The notes beneath the pieces were generated by a model, which was not told the origin of the DNA, ran no database searches, and was given only the letters and a program-made list of their open reading frames with translations. A stretch of 64,000 nt of DNA from an uncultured Gammaproteobacteria bacterium (GTDB lineage: Bacteria > Patescibacteriota > Patescibacteriia > Patescibacteriales > UBA12465): assembly GCA_964639785.1 (NCBI GenBank), contig CAZXEE010000001.1, forward strand, positions 51,832-115,831, given 5' to 3'. Numbering within the stretch: position 1 is the stretch's first letter; each line of letters opens with the position of its first letter. This document shows positions 27,168-35,994 of the stretch, piece after piece. The position numbers were made by a program, and so were the translations under genes.

Positions 27168-27241
27168 GCGCCCATAGCTCAGTTGGTTAGAGCACAGCCC
27201 TTATAAGGCTGGGGTCGATGGTTCAAGTCCATCTGGGCGCA
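27168..27241 (+). tRNA. tRNA-Ile (anticodon TAT)
   Basis: gcgccca-ta-gctc-agttggtta-gagc-a-cagcc-ctTATaa-ggctg-gggtc-gatgg-ttcaagt-ccatc-tgggcgc-a. Confidence 0.85.
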
Positions 27242-27249
27242 CAAAAAAT

Positions 27250-27278
27250 AAAACCTCGTTTTTCAACGAGGTTTTTTG
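27250..27278. terminator. Bidirectional terminator
   Basis: aaacctcgtt-tttc-aacgaggttt, flanked by A-run and T-run. Confidence 0.7.
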
Positions 27279-27292
27279 TTTTTATAAGGTTT

Positions 27293-27955
27293 TTATAACC
27301 TTTGTTTGATTTTTTTACCTGCGAATAAGCCGACGCCCATATCGCCTTCGCCATCATCTTTGCTGATGAGAAGTCCTTGGTGGTTGCGTCCGACGCCAAT
27401 TATCATATTGCCGTCAAAGCTGCTGGTTAATCCAAGGCAAGCCGGGTTAAGGCCTTCCTTATTTTTCTTACCGTGTAAAAGATGCATGGCTATGGCCGGC
27501 AGAACGGTAGGAATGTGAAAACCTGTAGGCACCATCCTTTTGGCCTCTTCGAATTCTCTGTCAAAGGAATTCGGAATCGGCTTCTTGAACAACAAGTGCC
27601 ATTTTCCATCGCCGGTTTCATTGACAAATTTTTTGTCTTTGTACCAACAATGAACAATATTCTGGTTGGTGCAGACCCGCAAGCCCGTAGGATACATCGT
27701 TTCCAGCTTCTTCAGGCTTATCTTTTCCGGCAAGTAGAAGAGGAATATCTGTTCTTTGGTCTGGTCAAGGCGAAATCCGAAAGGATTGGGCGCTTCTACG
27801 ATTTCAGCTACGTTGCTAAGATCGGGCATGATAATGTCTGATGGTAGCTTCCAGTCAGGATGGTGGGTTTTCCAATCGGAGATTCCGAAAAAATTTTCTT
27901 CTGGAATTAATAGTCTCAGGCGGGACTCTAATAACAAAGCTTTGCTTTCGTTCAT
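27293..27955 (-). CDS. Hypothetical protein
   Basis: 220-aa ORF with no recognisable motifs. Confidence 0.55.
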   Translation of the reverse strand: MNESKALLLESRLRLLIPEENFFGISDWKTHHPDWKLPSDIIMPDLSNVAEIVEAPNPFGFRLDQTKEQIFLFYLPEKISLKKLETMYPTGLRVCTNQNIVHCWYKDKKFVNETGDGKWHLLFKKPIPNSFDREFEEAKRMVPTGFHIPTVLPAIAMHLLHGKKNKEGLNPACLGLTSSFDGNMIIGVGRNHQGLLISKDDGEGDMGVGLFAGKKIKQRL

Positions 27956-28092
27956 GATTAATCGTTTTTGTTAATAAACTATGTTTAGGTCTAGCTTAGG
28001 TTATAATAATAGTTATCGTTTGTCAATAGTTGTTTTATTTGTTTTCGGATTATGGTAATATCTTATTATATATTAAGTAATATCATTTATAT

Positions 28093-29433
28093 ATGCCTAA
28101 TACTGAAAAACCAATCAATCATGAGAAGATGTATGTGGTGACGGTCGATATGGGCTATGGCCACCAGCGGGCGGCCTATCCCTTTGCGGCTGTGGCTGAA
28201 GGTGGAATTATCACCATCAATGACTACACCGGTATCTCTGAGGAAGAAAAGAAGATCTGGGACAATATCAGGACTCAATACGAATATGTTTCCTTCTTCA
28301 AGAAGTTGCCGGTTATCGGTGGTTTGGTATTTGCAACCATGGATTATTTCCAGAAGATCCAGCCTTTCTATCCGCATCGCGACTTATCTAAGAGCACTTT
28401 GCAGCAGAAATACTTTTACAAGAAGATCAAGAACGGTTTGGGTCGGAAATTGATTGAGGACCTGAACAAGAAGCCTTTGCCGATGCTGACCACTTTTTTC
28501 GTCGCGGCTTATTGCGCCGAGTATTATAATTACAAGGGTGAGATCTATTTGGCGGTTTGTGATGCCGATATCTCTCGGGCTTGGGCTCCGATTGATCCGG
28601 AAACCAGCCGGATCAATTATTTGGTTCCGAACAAGCGGGTGAAGGACCGTTTGATGCTTTATGGCGTCAAGGAAGACCGGATTTATGTTACCGGCTTCCC
28701 TTTGCCGAAAGAGAATATCGGTACGACTGATTGGGAATATTTGAAAATCGATTTGAAGGCCCGTCTGGAAGTTTTAGACCCGGAAGGAGTCTATCGCAAG
28801 AAATATTCTAAGGTGATTGAAGGCTATCTCTGTCCGGTATCTGAAATTGATGGTGCCAAGCGGCCTTTGACTTTGACTTTCGCTGTGGGTGGAGCTGGAG
28901 CTCAGCGGGATTTAGGCATCTTGGTCCTCAAGCGCTTGAAGAACAAGATTATTGAGAACAAGATCCATTTGAACCTGATTGCCGGTACCAGAAAAGATGT
29001 CGCTGATTATTATGAAAAGACTCTGAAGGATAATTTTCTACAGAATTACAAGAACGTCAAGATTTTTTATAGTCCTGACAAGAATGAATATTTCCGCCAA
29101 TTCAATGAGGTTTTACGGACTACTGATCTGCTTTGGACCAAGCCTTCCGAGTTGAGCTTCTATGCCGGTTTGGGTTTGCCGATAATCATGACTGAGCCGA
29201 TCGGGTCACAGGAAGAATATAATCGCCGTTGGCTATTGGGTATCGGCGCCGGAGTCGATAGCAAGAATCCTAATTATGTGGATGAGTGGTTGTTTGATTT
29301 TTTGAATTCTGGCTGGCTGGCTGAAGCGGCGATGCGCGGTTACTTGAATGGCCCGAAGATGGGTACTTATAATATGGAGAACATCATACTGCGCCATGAA
29401 GTCAATGAAATCGAGAACGTCCGCTTATTATAA
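28093..29433 (+). CDS. Putative GT-B fold glycosyltransferase (MGDG-synthase/MurG-like)
   Basis: N-terminal VDMGYGHQRAA (G-x-GH nucleotide-sugar GT-B signature). C-terminal TDLLWTKPSELSFYAGLGLPIIM..P.GSQEEYN resembles the GT28 C-terminal domain. Confidence 0.55.
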   Translation: MPNTEKPINHEKMYVVTVDMGYGHQRAAYPFAAVAEGGIITINDYTGISEEEKKIWDNIRTQYEYVSFFKKLPVIGGLVFATMDYFQKIQPFYPHRDLSKSTLQQKYFYKKIKNGLGRKLIEDLNKKPLPMLTTFFVAAYCAEYYNYKGEIYLAVCDADISRAWAPIDPETSRINYLVPNKRVKDRLMLYGVKEDRIYVTGFPLPKENIGTTDWEYLKIDLKARLEVLDPEGVYRKKYSKVIEGYLCPVSEIDGAKRPLTLTFAVGGAGAQRDLGILVLKRLKNKIIENKIHLNLIAGTRKDVADYYEKTLKDNFLQNYKNVKIFYSPDKNEYFRQFNEVLRTTDLLWTKPSELSFYAGLGLPIIMTEPIGSQEEYNRRWLLGIGAGVDSKNPNYVDEWLFDFLNSGWLAEAAMRGYLNGPKMGTYNMENIILRHEVNEIENVRLL

Positions 29434-29440
29434 ATAATCT

Positions 29441-30361
29441 ATGTCTTGGATACTACTTGCAGTCATCGCTTATTTCCTCTTGGCCATCGTCAATCTTTTG
29501 GACAAGTTTTTATTGGACAATGTCCTGGGCAGCAGCAAGGTCTATGCTTTTCTGATTGGCGCGATGAGCGGGATAGTGATCCTTTTCGCTCCTTGGTTCT
29601 TGCATTGGCCGGGAGTCCCGCTGATGCTTTTCCAATTGGCCACCGGTCTATTTTTCCCATTTGCGCTCCTCTTTATGTTCGAGGCTTTGAAGAAGGGCGA
29701 TGCTTCCAAGGTGACAGTCCTGATCGGCGGTATCATTCCAATCTTAACCATTGCCTTCTCAACTATTTTTTTACATGAAAAGTTTCTGGTTAGCCAGCGT
29801 TATGGCTTGCTCTTTTTGTTGTTGGGAACTTTCGCTATCGCCTTTATCGGTAGCGGAAATACTGCCAAGCAGAAGGCTTTCAATCGCGAGGCCGTCGGTT
29901 ATTCTATCTTGTCGGCCTTGCTGTACGCCATTTTTTTCATCGGTACCAAGTATGGCTATGACCATCATGATTTTTTCAGCAGCTTCATCTGGGTCCGGTT
30001 GGGCGGCTTGATTTCTGTCGGATTATTATTGATCAGGCGTCGGGACCGGAAAGAAATTTTTTCCAGTTTCAAGAGTCGGCCTCGGAAGAAGCAAGGCCCG
30101 AAACAGACTTTGTTGGTCTTCGGCAACCAGGCTTTGGGAGCTGGAGCCTTTGTCTTACAGAGCTATGCTATTTCGTTCGGATCGGTCGCTATCGTTAATG
30201 CTTTGCAAGGCGTCCAATATGCTTTCCTTTTGGCTTTCGGTTGGATCTTGAGCGTTTTCAAACCTAAATTATTCCGAGAAAATATTTCTCCAAAAGTGAT
30301 AATAGAGAAGATTGCGGCCATTATTCTGATTAGTGTCGGCCTGTACTTTATCGTTATGTAA
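29441..30361 (+). CDS. EamA/DMT-superfamily transporter
   Basis: About 10 TM helices in two 5-TM halves; 306 aa. Confidence 0.7.
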   Translation: MSWILLAVIAYFLLAIVNLLDKFLLDNVLGSSKVYAFLIGAMSGIVILFAPWFLHWPGVPLMLFQLATGLFFPFALLFMFEALKKGDASKVTVLIGGIIPILTIAFSTIFLHEKFLVSQRYGLLFLLLGTFAIAFIGSGNTAKQKAFNREAVGYSILSALLYAIFFIGTKYGYDHHDFFSSFIWVRLGGLISVGLLLIRRRDRKEIFSSFKSRPRKKQGPKQTLLVFGNQALGAGAFVLQSYAISFGSVAIVNALQGVQYAFLLAFGWILSVFKPKLFRENISPKVIIEKIAAIILISVGLYFIVM

Positions 30362-30366
30362 TCTAT

Positions 30367-31377
30367 ATGAGAACCAAGCTCAGATATTTAATCACTCCAA
30401 TCATTATCCTATTTGTCCTCCTGATCGTTGTCTGGTTTTTCAAGGTGGCCAAAAACTATCCTTTGCACCAGGATCTGAATTATCGTTCAGGTTATTTTGG
30501 GGTGACCTTTTCCACCAAGATGGCTCGTGAGTTGGGCTTGAATTGGAAGGAGGCCTATCTGGCTATCTTAGATGACCTGCAAGTCAAGAGCATCCGCTTG
30601 CCAGTCTATTGGGACCAGATCACTCCGCGTCGCGGCGAGTATAATTTTGCTGATTATGATTGGATGCTTAACGAGGGCAAGAAGCGGAATGTGGAATTCA
30701 TCATGAATGTCGGATACCGTTTGCCGCGCTGGCCGGAATGCCATGCTCCGGGCTGGATGTCTAACAAGAACAAGGATTATCGTGAAGCTGAAGTATTGAA
30801 GATGATTGAGACGGTCGTTACCCGGTACAAGGAAAGAGGCGAGATAGAATATTGGCAGGTGGAGAACGAGCCGTTCCTAGACGTCTTTGGCGAATGTCCG
30901 GAAAGCGATATTAGCTTCTTGCAGAAAGAAGTGGCTTTGGTCCGTAGTCTAGATTCTAGACCGATCATGATTTCTGGTTCCGGTGAATTGAGTTTCTGGC
31001 GGGATGAGTTTGAGATAGGCGACATCTTCGGTACCACTTTATATCGTGTCGTTTGGGGGCCTTATTCCGGTTATGTCCGTTATCCGTTGCCTGCCGCCTT
31101 TTATCGCTTGAAAGCCGATTTAGCCCGTATCCCGTTAGAAAAGAGATTCATCAGTGAATTGCAAGCTGAGCCTTGGGTCCCGAGCGGATCAATGAAGGAT
31201 ATGGCTGACAGCGAAGCGCAGAAGTCATTCAGCCTGGAACAGTTCAAGGCTAATGCCCAGTTCGGCATTAATGTTGGCTTCCAGAAGACTTACCTCTGGG
31301 GAGTTGAGTGGTGGTATAAGAAGCTGAAAGACGGTGTTCCTGAGTATTGGGATTTTGCTAAAACTTTATTTAAATAA
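30367..31377 (+). CDS. Membrane-anchored clan GH-A (TIM-barrel) glycoside hydrolase-like protein
   Basis: N-terminal TM helix. IRLPVYWDQITPRRGEYNF and WQVENEPF (the NEP acid/base motif of GH-A enzymes). Confidence 0.6.
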   Translation: MRTKLRYLITPIIILFVLLIVVWFFKVAKNYPLHQDLNYRSGYFGVTFSTKMARELGLNWKEAYLAILDDLQVKSIRLPVYWDQITPRRGEYNFADYDWMLNEGKKRNVEFIMNVGYRLPRWPECHAPGWMSNKNKDYREAEVLKMIETVVTRYKERGEIEYWQVENEPFLDVFGECPESDISFLQKEVALVRSLDSRPIMISGSGELSFWRDEFEIGDIFGTTLYRVVWGPYSGYVRYPLPAAFYRLKADLARIPLEKRFISELQAEPWVPSGSMKDMADSEAQKSFSLEQFKANAQFGINVGFQKTYLWGVEWWYKKLKDGVPEYWDFAKTLFK

Positions 31378-31379
31378 TT

Positions 31380-32081
31380 ATGCTGTCGATAATCATCCCG
31401 GCTTTGAACGAAGAAAAATTCTTGCCTAACCTGATAGCTTCTATCCGAAAGCAAGACTTTTCTGATTATGAAATCATCGTTTCCGATGCTAACTCGGATG
31501 ACCGGACTAGGGAGGTGGCAACGGAAATGGGAGCCAGGGTTGTGGTAGACAAGAGGCGTCATCCTTCATTTCAGAGAAATACAGGAGCGAAAGCGGCCCA
31601 GGGAGATATTTTGTTATTTTTGGATGCTGATTCAGTATTGCCTGATGGATTTTTAGCTAAAGCTGTTAATGAGTTCGAGAATAGACATTTGGGTACAGCC
31701 GGATTTTATTTAGACTTCGGTTCCCGGAAGATCATTTATCATTTCTGTTCTTGGGGTTATAATTTCTTCGCTTGGTTGAGACAGTATTGGCATCCGATCT
31801 CGGTCGGTGCCGGTATCATTTCCCGGAAAGATGTCTTCGAGAGGATTAACGGTTTTGATGAAACCTTGTTCGTGGCCGAAGACTATGATTATTGCGACCG
31901 AGCTTCTCGGGCGGCTAAGTTCAGGATCTTGAAGACGGTTAAGCTGCCATATTCCATCAGGCGGATGGAAAAGGAGGGCAGTTTGAAAGTCTTATTCAAA
32001 TGGTTGAAGATGGGAACTCGGACTTTATGGGGCGGGAAGATCAAGAAGAAGATAGTGAAGTATGAGTTCGGTAATTATTAA
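31380..32081 (+). CDS. Family 2 glycosyltransferase
   Basis: LSIIIPALNEE, the DAD motif (FLDADS) and AEDYD. Confidence 0.8.
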   Translation: MLSIIIPALNEEKFLPNLIASIRKQDFSDYEIIVSDANSDDRTREVATEMGARVVVDKRRHPSFQRNTGAKAAQGDILLFLDADSVLPDGFLAKAVNEFENRHLGTAGFYLDFGSRKIIYHFCSWGYNFFAWLRQYWHPISVGAGIISRKDVFERINGFDETLFVAEDYDYCDRASRAAKFRILKTVKLPYSIRRMEKEGSLKVLFKWLKMGTRTLWGGKIKKKIVKYEFGNY

Positions 32082-32096
32082 TCTAAATCTTTCGAT

Positions 32097-32531
32097 ATGA
32101 AAATTAATCTAACAAAAAATCCTAGCGTGGTGCTAAGATTATTATTAGGCGGAGTATTTTGTTCGGCTGGGATCTTCAGGTTGTTCATGCCGCAGATAGC
32201 CTTGGATGAAATGGCTCGTTTGGGAATGTCCTCCCTTTGGGTTTTTCCTTTGACAGCCTTTGAGATAGCTACCGGATTATCCTTGCTGTTCAATCGTTAT
32301 GTCAAATATACCGCCGGCGCCTTGGTCTTGTTTTTATCTTTCGCCATTATCAAAGGTTTGATTTTGGGAGGAAAAGGCCTATGGTTAGCAGCGGGAGAAT
32401 TATTCGTTTTTAATGTCACTCCGACTGATATCTTCATGCACCTGGTTTTCTTGGTTATCTTGGTTTTTCTTTTTCTGGTAGCCATTTCGGAAAGACCGGA
32501 AGATGTGCCAAGCGACAGCCAAGAGAACTAA
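32097..32531 (+). CDS. DoxX-family membrane protein
   Basis: LRLLLGGVFCSAGIFRLF and four TM helices. Confidence 0.65.
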   Translation: MKINLTKNPSVVLRLLLGGVFCSAGIFRLFMPQIALDEMARLGMSSLWVFPLTAFEIATGLSLLFNRYVKYTAGALVLFLSFAIIKGLILGGKGLWLAAGELFVFNVTPTDIFMHLVFLVILVFLFLVAISERPEDVPSDSQEN

Positions 32532-33089
32532 GATGATGATGGTTTCATGAAATCTATCCCACCAAGGGCCGATATTGTTCCAGTGGTCTCCTAGCACTAC
32601 TCCAAAATAGACTAGCAGATAGCTCCAGATCCAAGAGCCTAAGAAGGTGTAGATGCAGAATTTAAGGAAGTTGCCGCGAGAGACTCCGGCGATAAAAGAA
32701 ATGAAGGTTCTGACTACCGGTAGCAAGCGAGAAAAAAAATAAGTTATATCGCCATAGCGGGCAATGAATCTGTCCGCTTTTTCTATTTCATGATGGGATA
32801 AAAGCAACCATTTGCCATATTTCCAGAGTATCGGCCGTCCCAATCTTTGGCCTAGCCAATAAGAAAGCATCGATCCTAATAAACAGCCGAAGCCTCCGGC
32901 TAGGGCGGCCAGGTGCAGATTCATTTCTCCTTGGCTAACTAAGAATCCGGCATATGGTAAGATGATTTCCGATGGTATTGGAATATTGCAGGACTCTAGA
33001 GCCATTAGTATAGCAGTTCCAGCATAGCCTAATTGGCCGACGAAGAAGACGATGAAGATGGTCAATTTTTCGATAATGAATTCGATCAT
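32400..33089 (-). CDS. DedA-family membrane protein
   Basis: YAGTAILMALESCNIPIPSEIILPYAGFLV and FFSRLLPVVRTFISFIAG (DedA/SNARE-associated signatures). Confidence 0.85.
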   Translation of the reverse strand: MIEFIIEKLTIFIVFFVGQLGYAGTAILMALESCNIPIPSEIILPYAGFLVSQGEMNLHLAALAGGFGCLLGSMLSYWLGQRLGRPILWKYGKWLLLSHHEIEKADRFIARYGDITYFFSRLLPVVRTFISFIAGVSRGNFLKFCIYTFLGSWIWSYLLVYFGVVLGDHWNNIGPWWDRFHETIIILVLLAVAWHIFRSFRNGYQKKKNQDNQENQVHEDISRSDIKNE

Positions 33090-33274
33090 AGATGTATACT
33101 ATAACATATTTTATAAAAAGATAGGAAGAGGAAAAGAAAAAAACTGAATTAATAAGGCCTTATTAATGAAAAGTTTGCATTTATCTCGATAAATAAGCTA
33201 TTTTTTTGTTCTAAACTTGACTAATCAATAAAAAAAGAGCATAGTAGTCCTATTGTTTAAAATAATTTTTACTT

Positions 33275-35065
33275 ATGGAAATCAGAAACATCGCTATTAT
33301 TGCCCATGTTGACCATGGCAAAACCACTCTAACGGATGCTCTTATGCGTCAGACTAACATGATTGAAGAAGGAATCAGCATGGATAGTAATGATTTAGAG
33401 AAAGAAAGAGGTATTACCATTTATTCCAAGAATACTTCTGTCGTTTATCGGGATACGAAGATCAACATCATCGATACTCCGGGCCACGCTGACTTCAGTT
33501 CTGAAGTGGAGCGCATTTTGCGTTCTATCGATTGCGTGCTGCTCTTGGTCGATGCTCAGGAGGGTCCTATGCCTCAGACTAAGTTCGTCTTGAAGAAGTC
33601 CTTGGAGTTAGGCTTGAACCCGATTGTCGTTATTAACAAGATCGACAAGCCAGCCGCTCGCGTGCCGGAAGTGGAGGAAATGGTCTATGAATTATTTATG
33701 GATTTAGGAGCTACCGACGAGCAATTGGATTTCCCGGTTGTTTATGCCGCTGCCAAGCAGGGGTTTGCTAAGTTGAATATGGCTGATCCGGATGTCAATC
33801 TTTTCCCTCTTTTGGACTTAGTTTTAGAAAAGGTTAAACCGGCAGCTACCGTTGAGGCCAAAAGCGAAGCTTTCTTGGCCCAGCCTTTCAATCTGGCCTA
33901 TGATAATTTCTTGGGCCGCTTGGCTATCGCCCGAGTCTATTCTGGCAGCATCAAGACCGGAAGCAATGTGATAATTATGAATTCTGTCGGTGAAACTCGG
34001 AATGCTAGAATCGGAAAGATATTCACCTTCTTCGGTCCGAAGAGGAAGGAGGTAGAAATAGCCGAGGCCGGCGATGTCGTCATGATTTCCGGTCTGCCGG
34101 GAATCGATATCGGCGAAACTATCGCTATCTCTGCTGATCAGCCGCAATTGCCGGCTATCAAGATTGATGAGCCGACTATCTCTTTGAATTTCTTGGTCAA
34201 CAATTCTCCTTTTGCCGGACGGGAAGGCAAGTTTGTCACCAACCGCCAATTGAAGGAAAGATTGGAGAAGGAATTGGAAGTCAATGTCGGTTTGAAGGTT
34301 GATTTCTCCAGCGGTGACCAGTACAAGGTTTTTGGTCGTGGCGAATTGCATGTCGCTATCTTATTAGAGAACATGCGCCGTGAAGGTTATGAACTGCAAG
34401 TCTCCCAGCCTCAGGTAATTATCAAGGAAGAAGATGGCAAGAAACTGGAACCGTTTGAGGAGGCTTTAATCGATGTTCCAGCTGATATGGCCGGGATGAT
34501 AATCGACAAGCTGTCCAAGAGAAAAGGCTTATTACAGGAAATTAAGAATCATAATAATCAGTCCCGCTTGGTATTTGAAATTCCGACTAGAGGCTTGCTC
34601 GGTTTTCGGAATGAATTCATAGTCGCTACCCGAGGCGAAGGCATCCTTTGTTCCCGCTTTATCGGTTTCAAAGAGCATGTCGGGGTAATCGACAAGTTTG
34701 ATTTGGGTTCCATGATTTCCATGGCTACCGGCAAGGCTTTGGCCTACGCCCTGTGGAACTTGGAAGAGCGTGGCGCTTTGTATATCGAACCGAACGTCGA
34801 AGTCTATGAAGGCATGATTATCGGTAATACCGCTAAGGGCTTGGATATGGCCGTTAATCCGATCAAGGGTAAGCACCTGACCAATGTCCGGGCTTCCGGA
34901 TCAGATGAAGCTATCAAGCTGACTCCGCCGAACCCGATTACTTTGGAAGGCGGCTTAGAAATCATGAAGGATGACGAATACTTAGAAATCACTCCGAAGA
35001 GCATCCGTTTGCGCAAGCAGATCCTGTCCGAAACTGACCGGGTTAGAGCCGGAAGGAAATCATAG
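33275..35065 (+). CDS. typA: Translational GTPase TypA/BipA
   Basis: IRNIAIIAHVDHGKTTL, DTPGHADF, NKID; 596 aa with a BipA-type C-terminus. Confidence 0.95.
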   Translation: MEIRNIAIIAHVDHGKTTLTDALMRQTNMIEEGISMDSNDLEKERGITIYSKNTSVVYRDTKINIIDTPGHADFSSEVERILRSIDCVLLLVDAQEGPMPQTKFVLKKSLELGLNPIVVINKIDKPAARVPEVEEMVYELFMDLGATDEQLDFPVVYAAAKQGFAKLNMADPDVNLFPLLDLVLEKVKPAATVEAKSEAFLAQPFNLAYDNFLGRLAIARVYSGSIKTGSNVIIMNSVGETRNARIGKIFTFFGPKRKEVEIAEAGDVVMISGLPGIDIGETIAISADQPQLPAIKIDEPTISLNFLVNNSPFAGREGKFVTNRQLKERLEKELEVNVGLKVDFSSGDQYKVFGRGELHVAILLENMRREGYELQVSQPQVIIKEEDGKKLEPFEEALIDVPADMAGMIIDKLSKRKGLLQEIKNHNNQSRLVFEIPTRGLLGFRNEFIVATRGEGILCSRFIGFKEHVGVIDKFDLGSMISMATGKALAYALWNLEERGALYIEPNVEVYEGMIIGNTAKGLDMAVNPIKGKHLTNVRASGSDEAIKLTPPNPITLEGGLEIMKDDEYLEITPKSIRLRKQILSETDRVRAGRKS

Positions 35066-35099
35066 TCATTAGTCGATCAGATAAAATAAAAAAGGAAGC

Positions 35100-35864
35100 T
35101 TAGTGCTTCCTTTTTATTTTTTTCTTTAAAAGAATCTGGTGTAATCTGATTCGACGGTTTGGAAAGATGAAATTGTCTTGGATCAATCTTCCATACTCTT
35201 TCAGAAAATTATGCAAGCGGATATTTCCATAATCCAAGATGCATAATTTGCCTTGTTCGTTTTGGCAGAAGTTCCGCGGATTATTCATCGTATGGCTGTC
35301 ATTCCAGTATTCGCAGGTGTCCAAGATGCCGGCTGTCTTTAGTATCCTTTCTAATCGGAATCGGAATTCGTCATATCCCATCCGGAATTCTTTTCCTCTT
35401 TTTTGGATGTTTAATGATCCGAAAAAGGAGAAGTAGGTGGGGGTGGCGAAAGAATTTTCTTCGCCGCTGAGAGAGAAGACGAATTCGTGGTAATTGGACA
35501 TGATGCCGTCAAAGAGAAATTTCTGATACGTATTGTCTATCTGGTATTTGGGGATCCCTTTGATCTGTTCCAGATATTCTCGATAGATTTCCCGGCGCCT
35601 TTTTTCGATGGCTCGGTATTTCTTGTAGCCTAGTTTGTAAACGGTCTTCAGGCCTTCTTGGTGGTAGGCGAGGAATCCCTTGATTCCTCGGCGGAATTGG
35701 ATTCGTGGCAGCTTGATCACAAAAGCTTTGAAAAGGAATACTATCCTTGTCGTTCCTGATATCTTTTTTTCATAACCTATCAGGTTGAGGCTTTTTCTAA
35801 AAAATATTTTGAGCGAGCTTGCCGGCCGGAATCCTGTCTGGTTGGTTGATAGCGTTGTGGCCAT
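35100..35864 (-). CDS. Hypothetical protein, possible atypical protein-kinase-like fold
   Basis: Weak motif spacing only: FVIKLPR (beta3 Lys), WNDSHTMN (D-x4-N) and LCILDYGN (DFG-like). Confidence 0.5.
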   Translation of the reverse strand: MATTLSTNQTGFRPASSLKIFFRKSLNLIGYEKKISGTTRIVFLFKAFVIKLPRIQFRRGIKGFLAYHQEGLKTVYKLGYKKYRAIEKRRREIYREYLEQIKGIPKYQIDNTYQKFLFDGIMSNYHEFVFSLSGEENSFATPTYFSFFGSLNIQKRGKEFRMGYDEFRFRLERILKTAGILDTCEYWNDSHTMNNPRNFCQNEQGKLCILDYGNIRLHNFLKEYGRLIQDNFIFPNRRIRLHQILLKKKIKRKH

Positions 35865-35994
35865 GTCTCGGGGGAGTTTAAGAAAGTATCTTTAGTTATT
35901 AATGAGCTGGATTAGAATTTACTATAATAACACATATTTTGGTAAAAGTCAATTATTGCCGGATTTAATGGATTTTTATTTGACAGCCTTTTGA

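Noticed and set aside
33824-34351. 175-aa minus-strand ORF inside typA, and similar antisense ORFs in topA (16357-16797), pheT and valS
   Set aside because: All lie antisense within strongly supported housekeeping genes and have no motifs.
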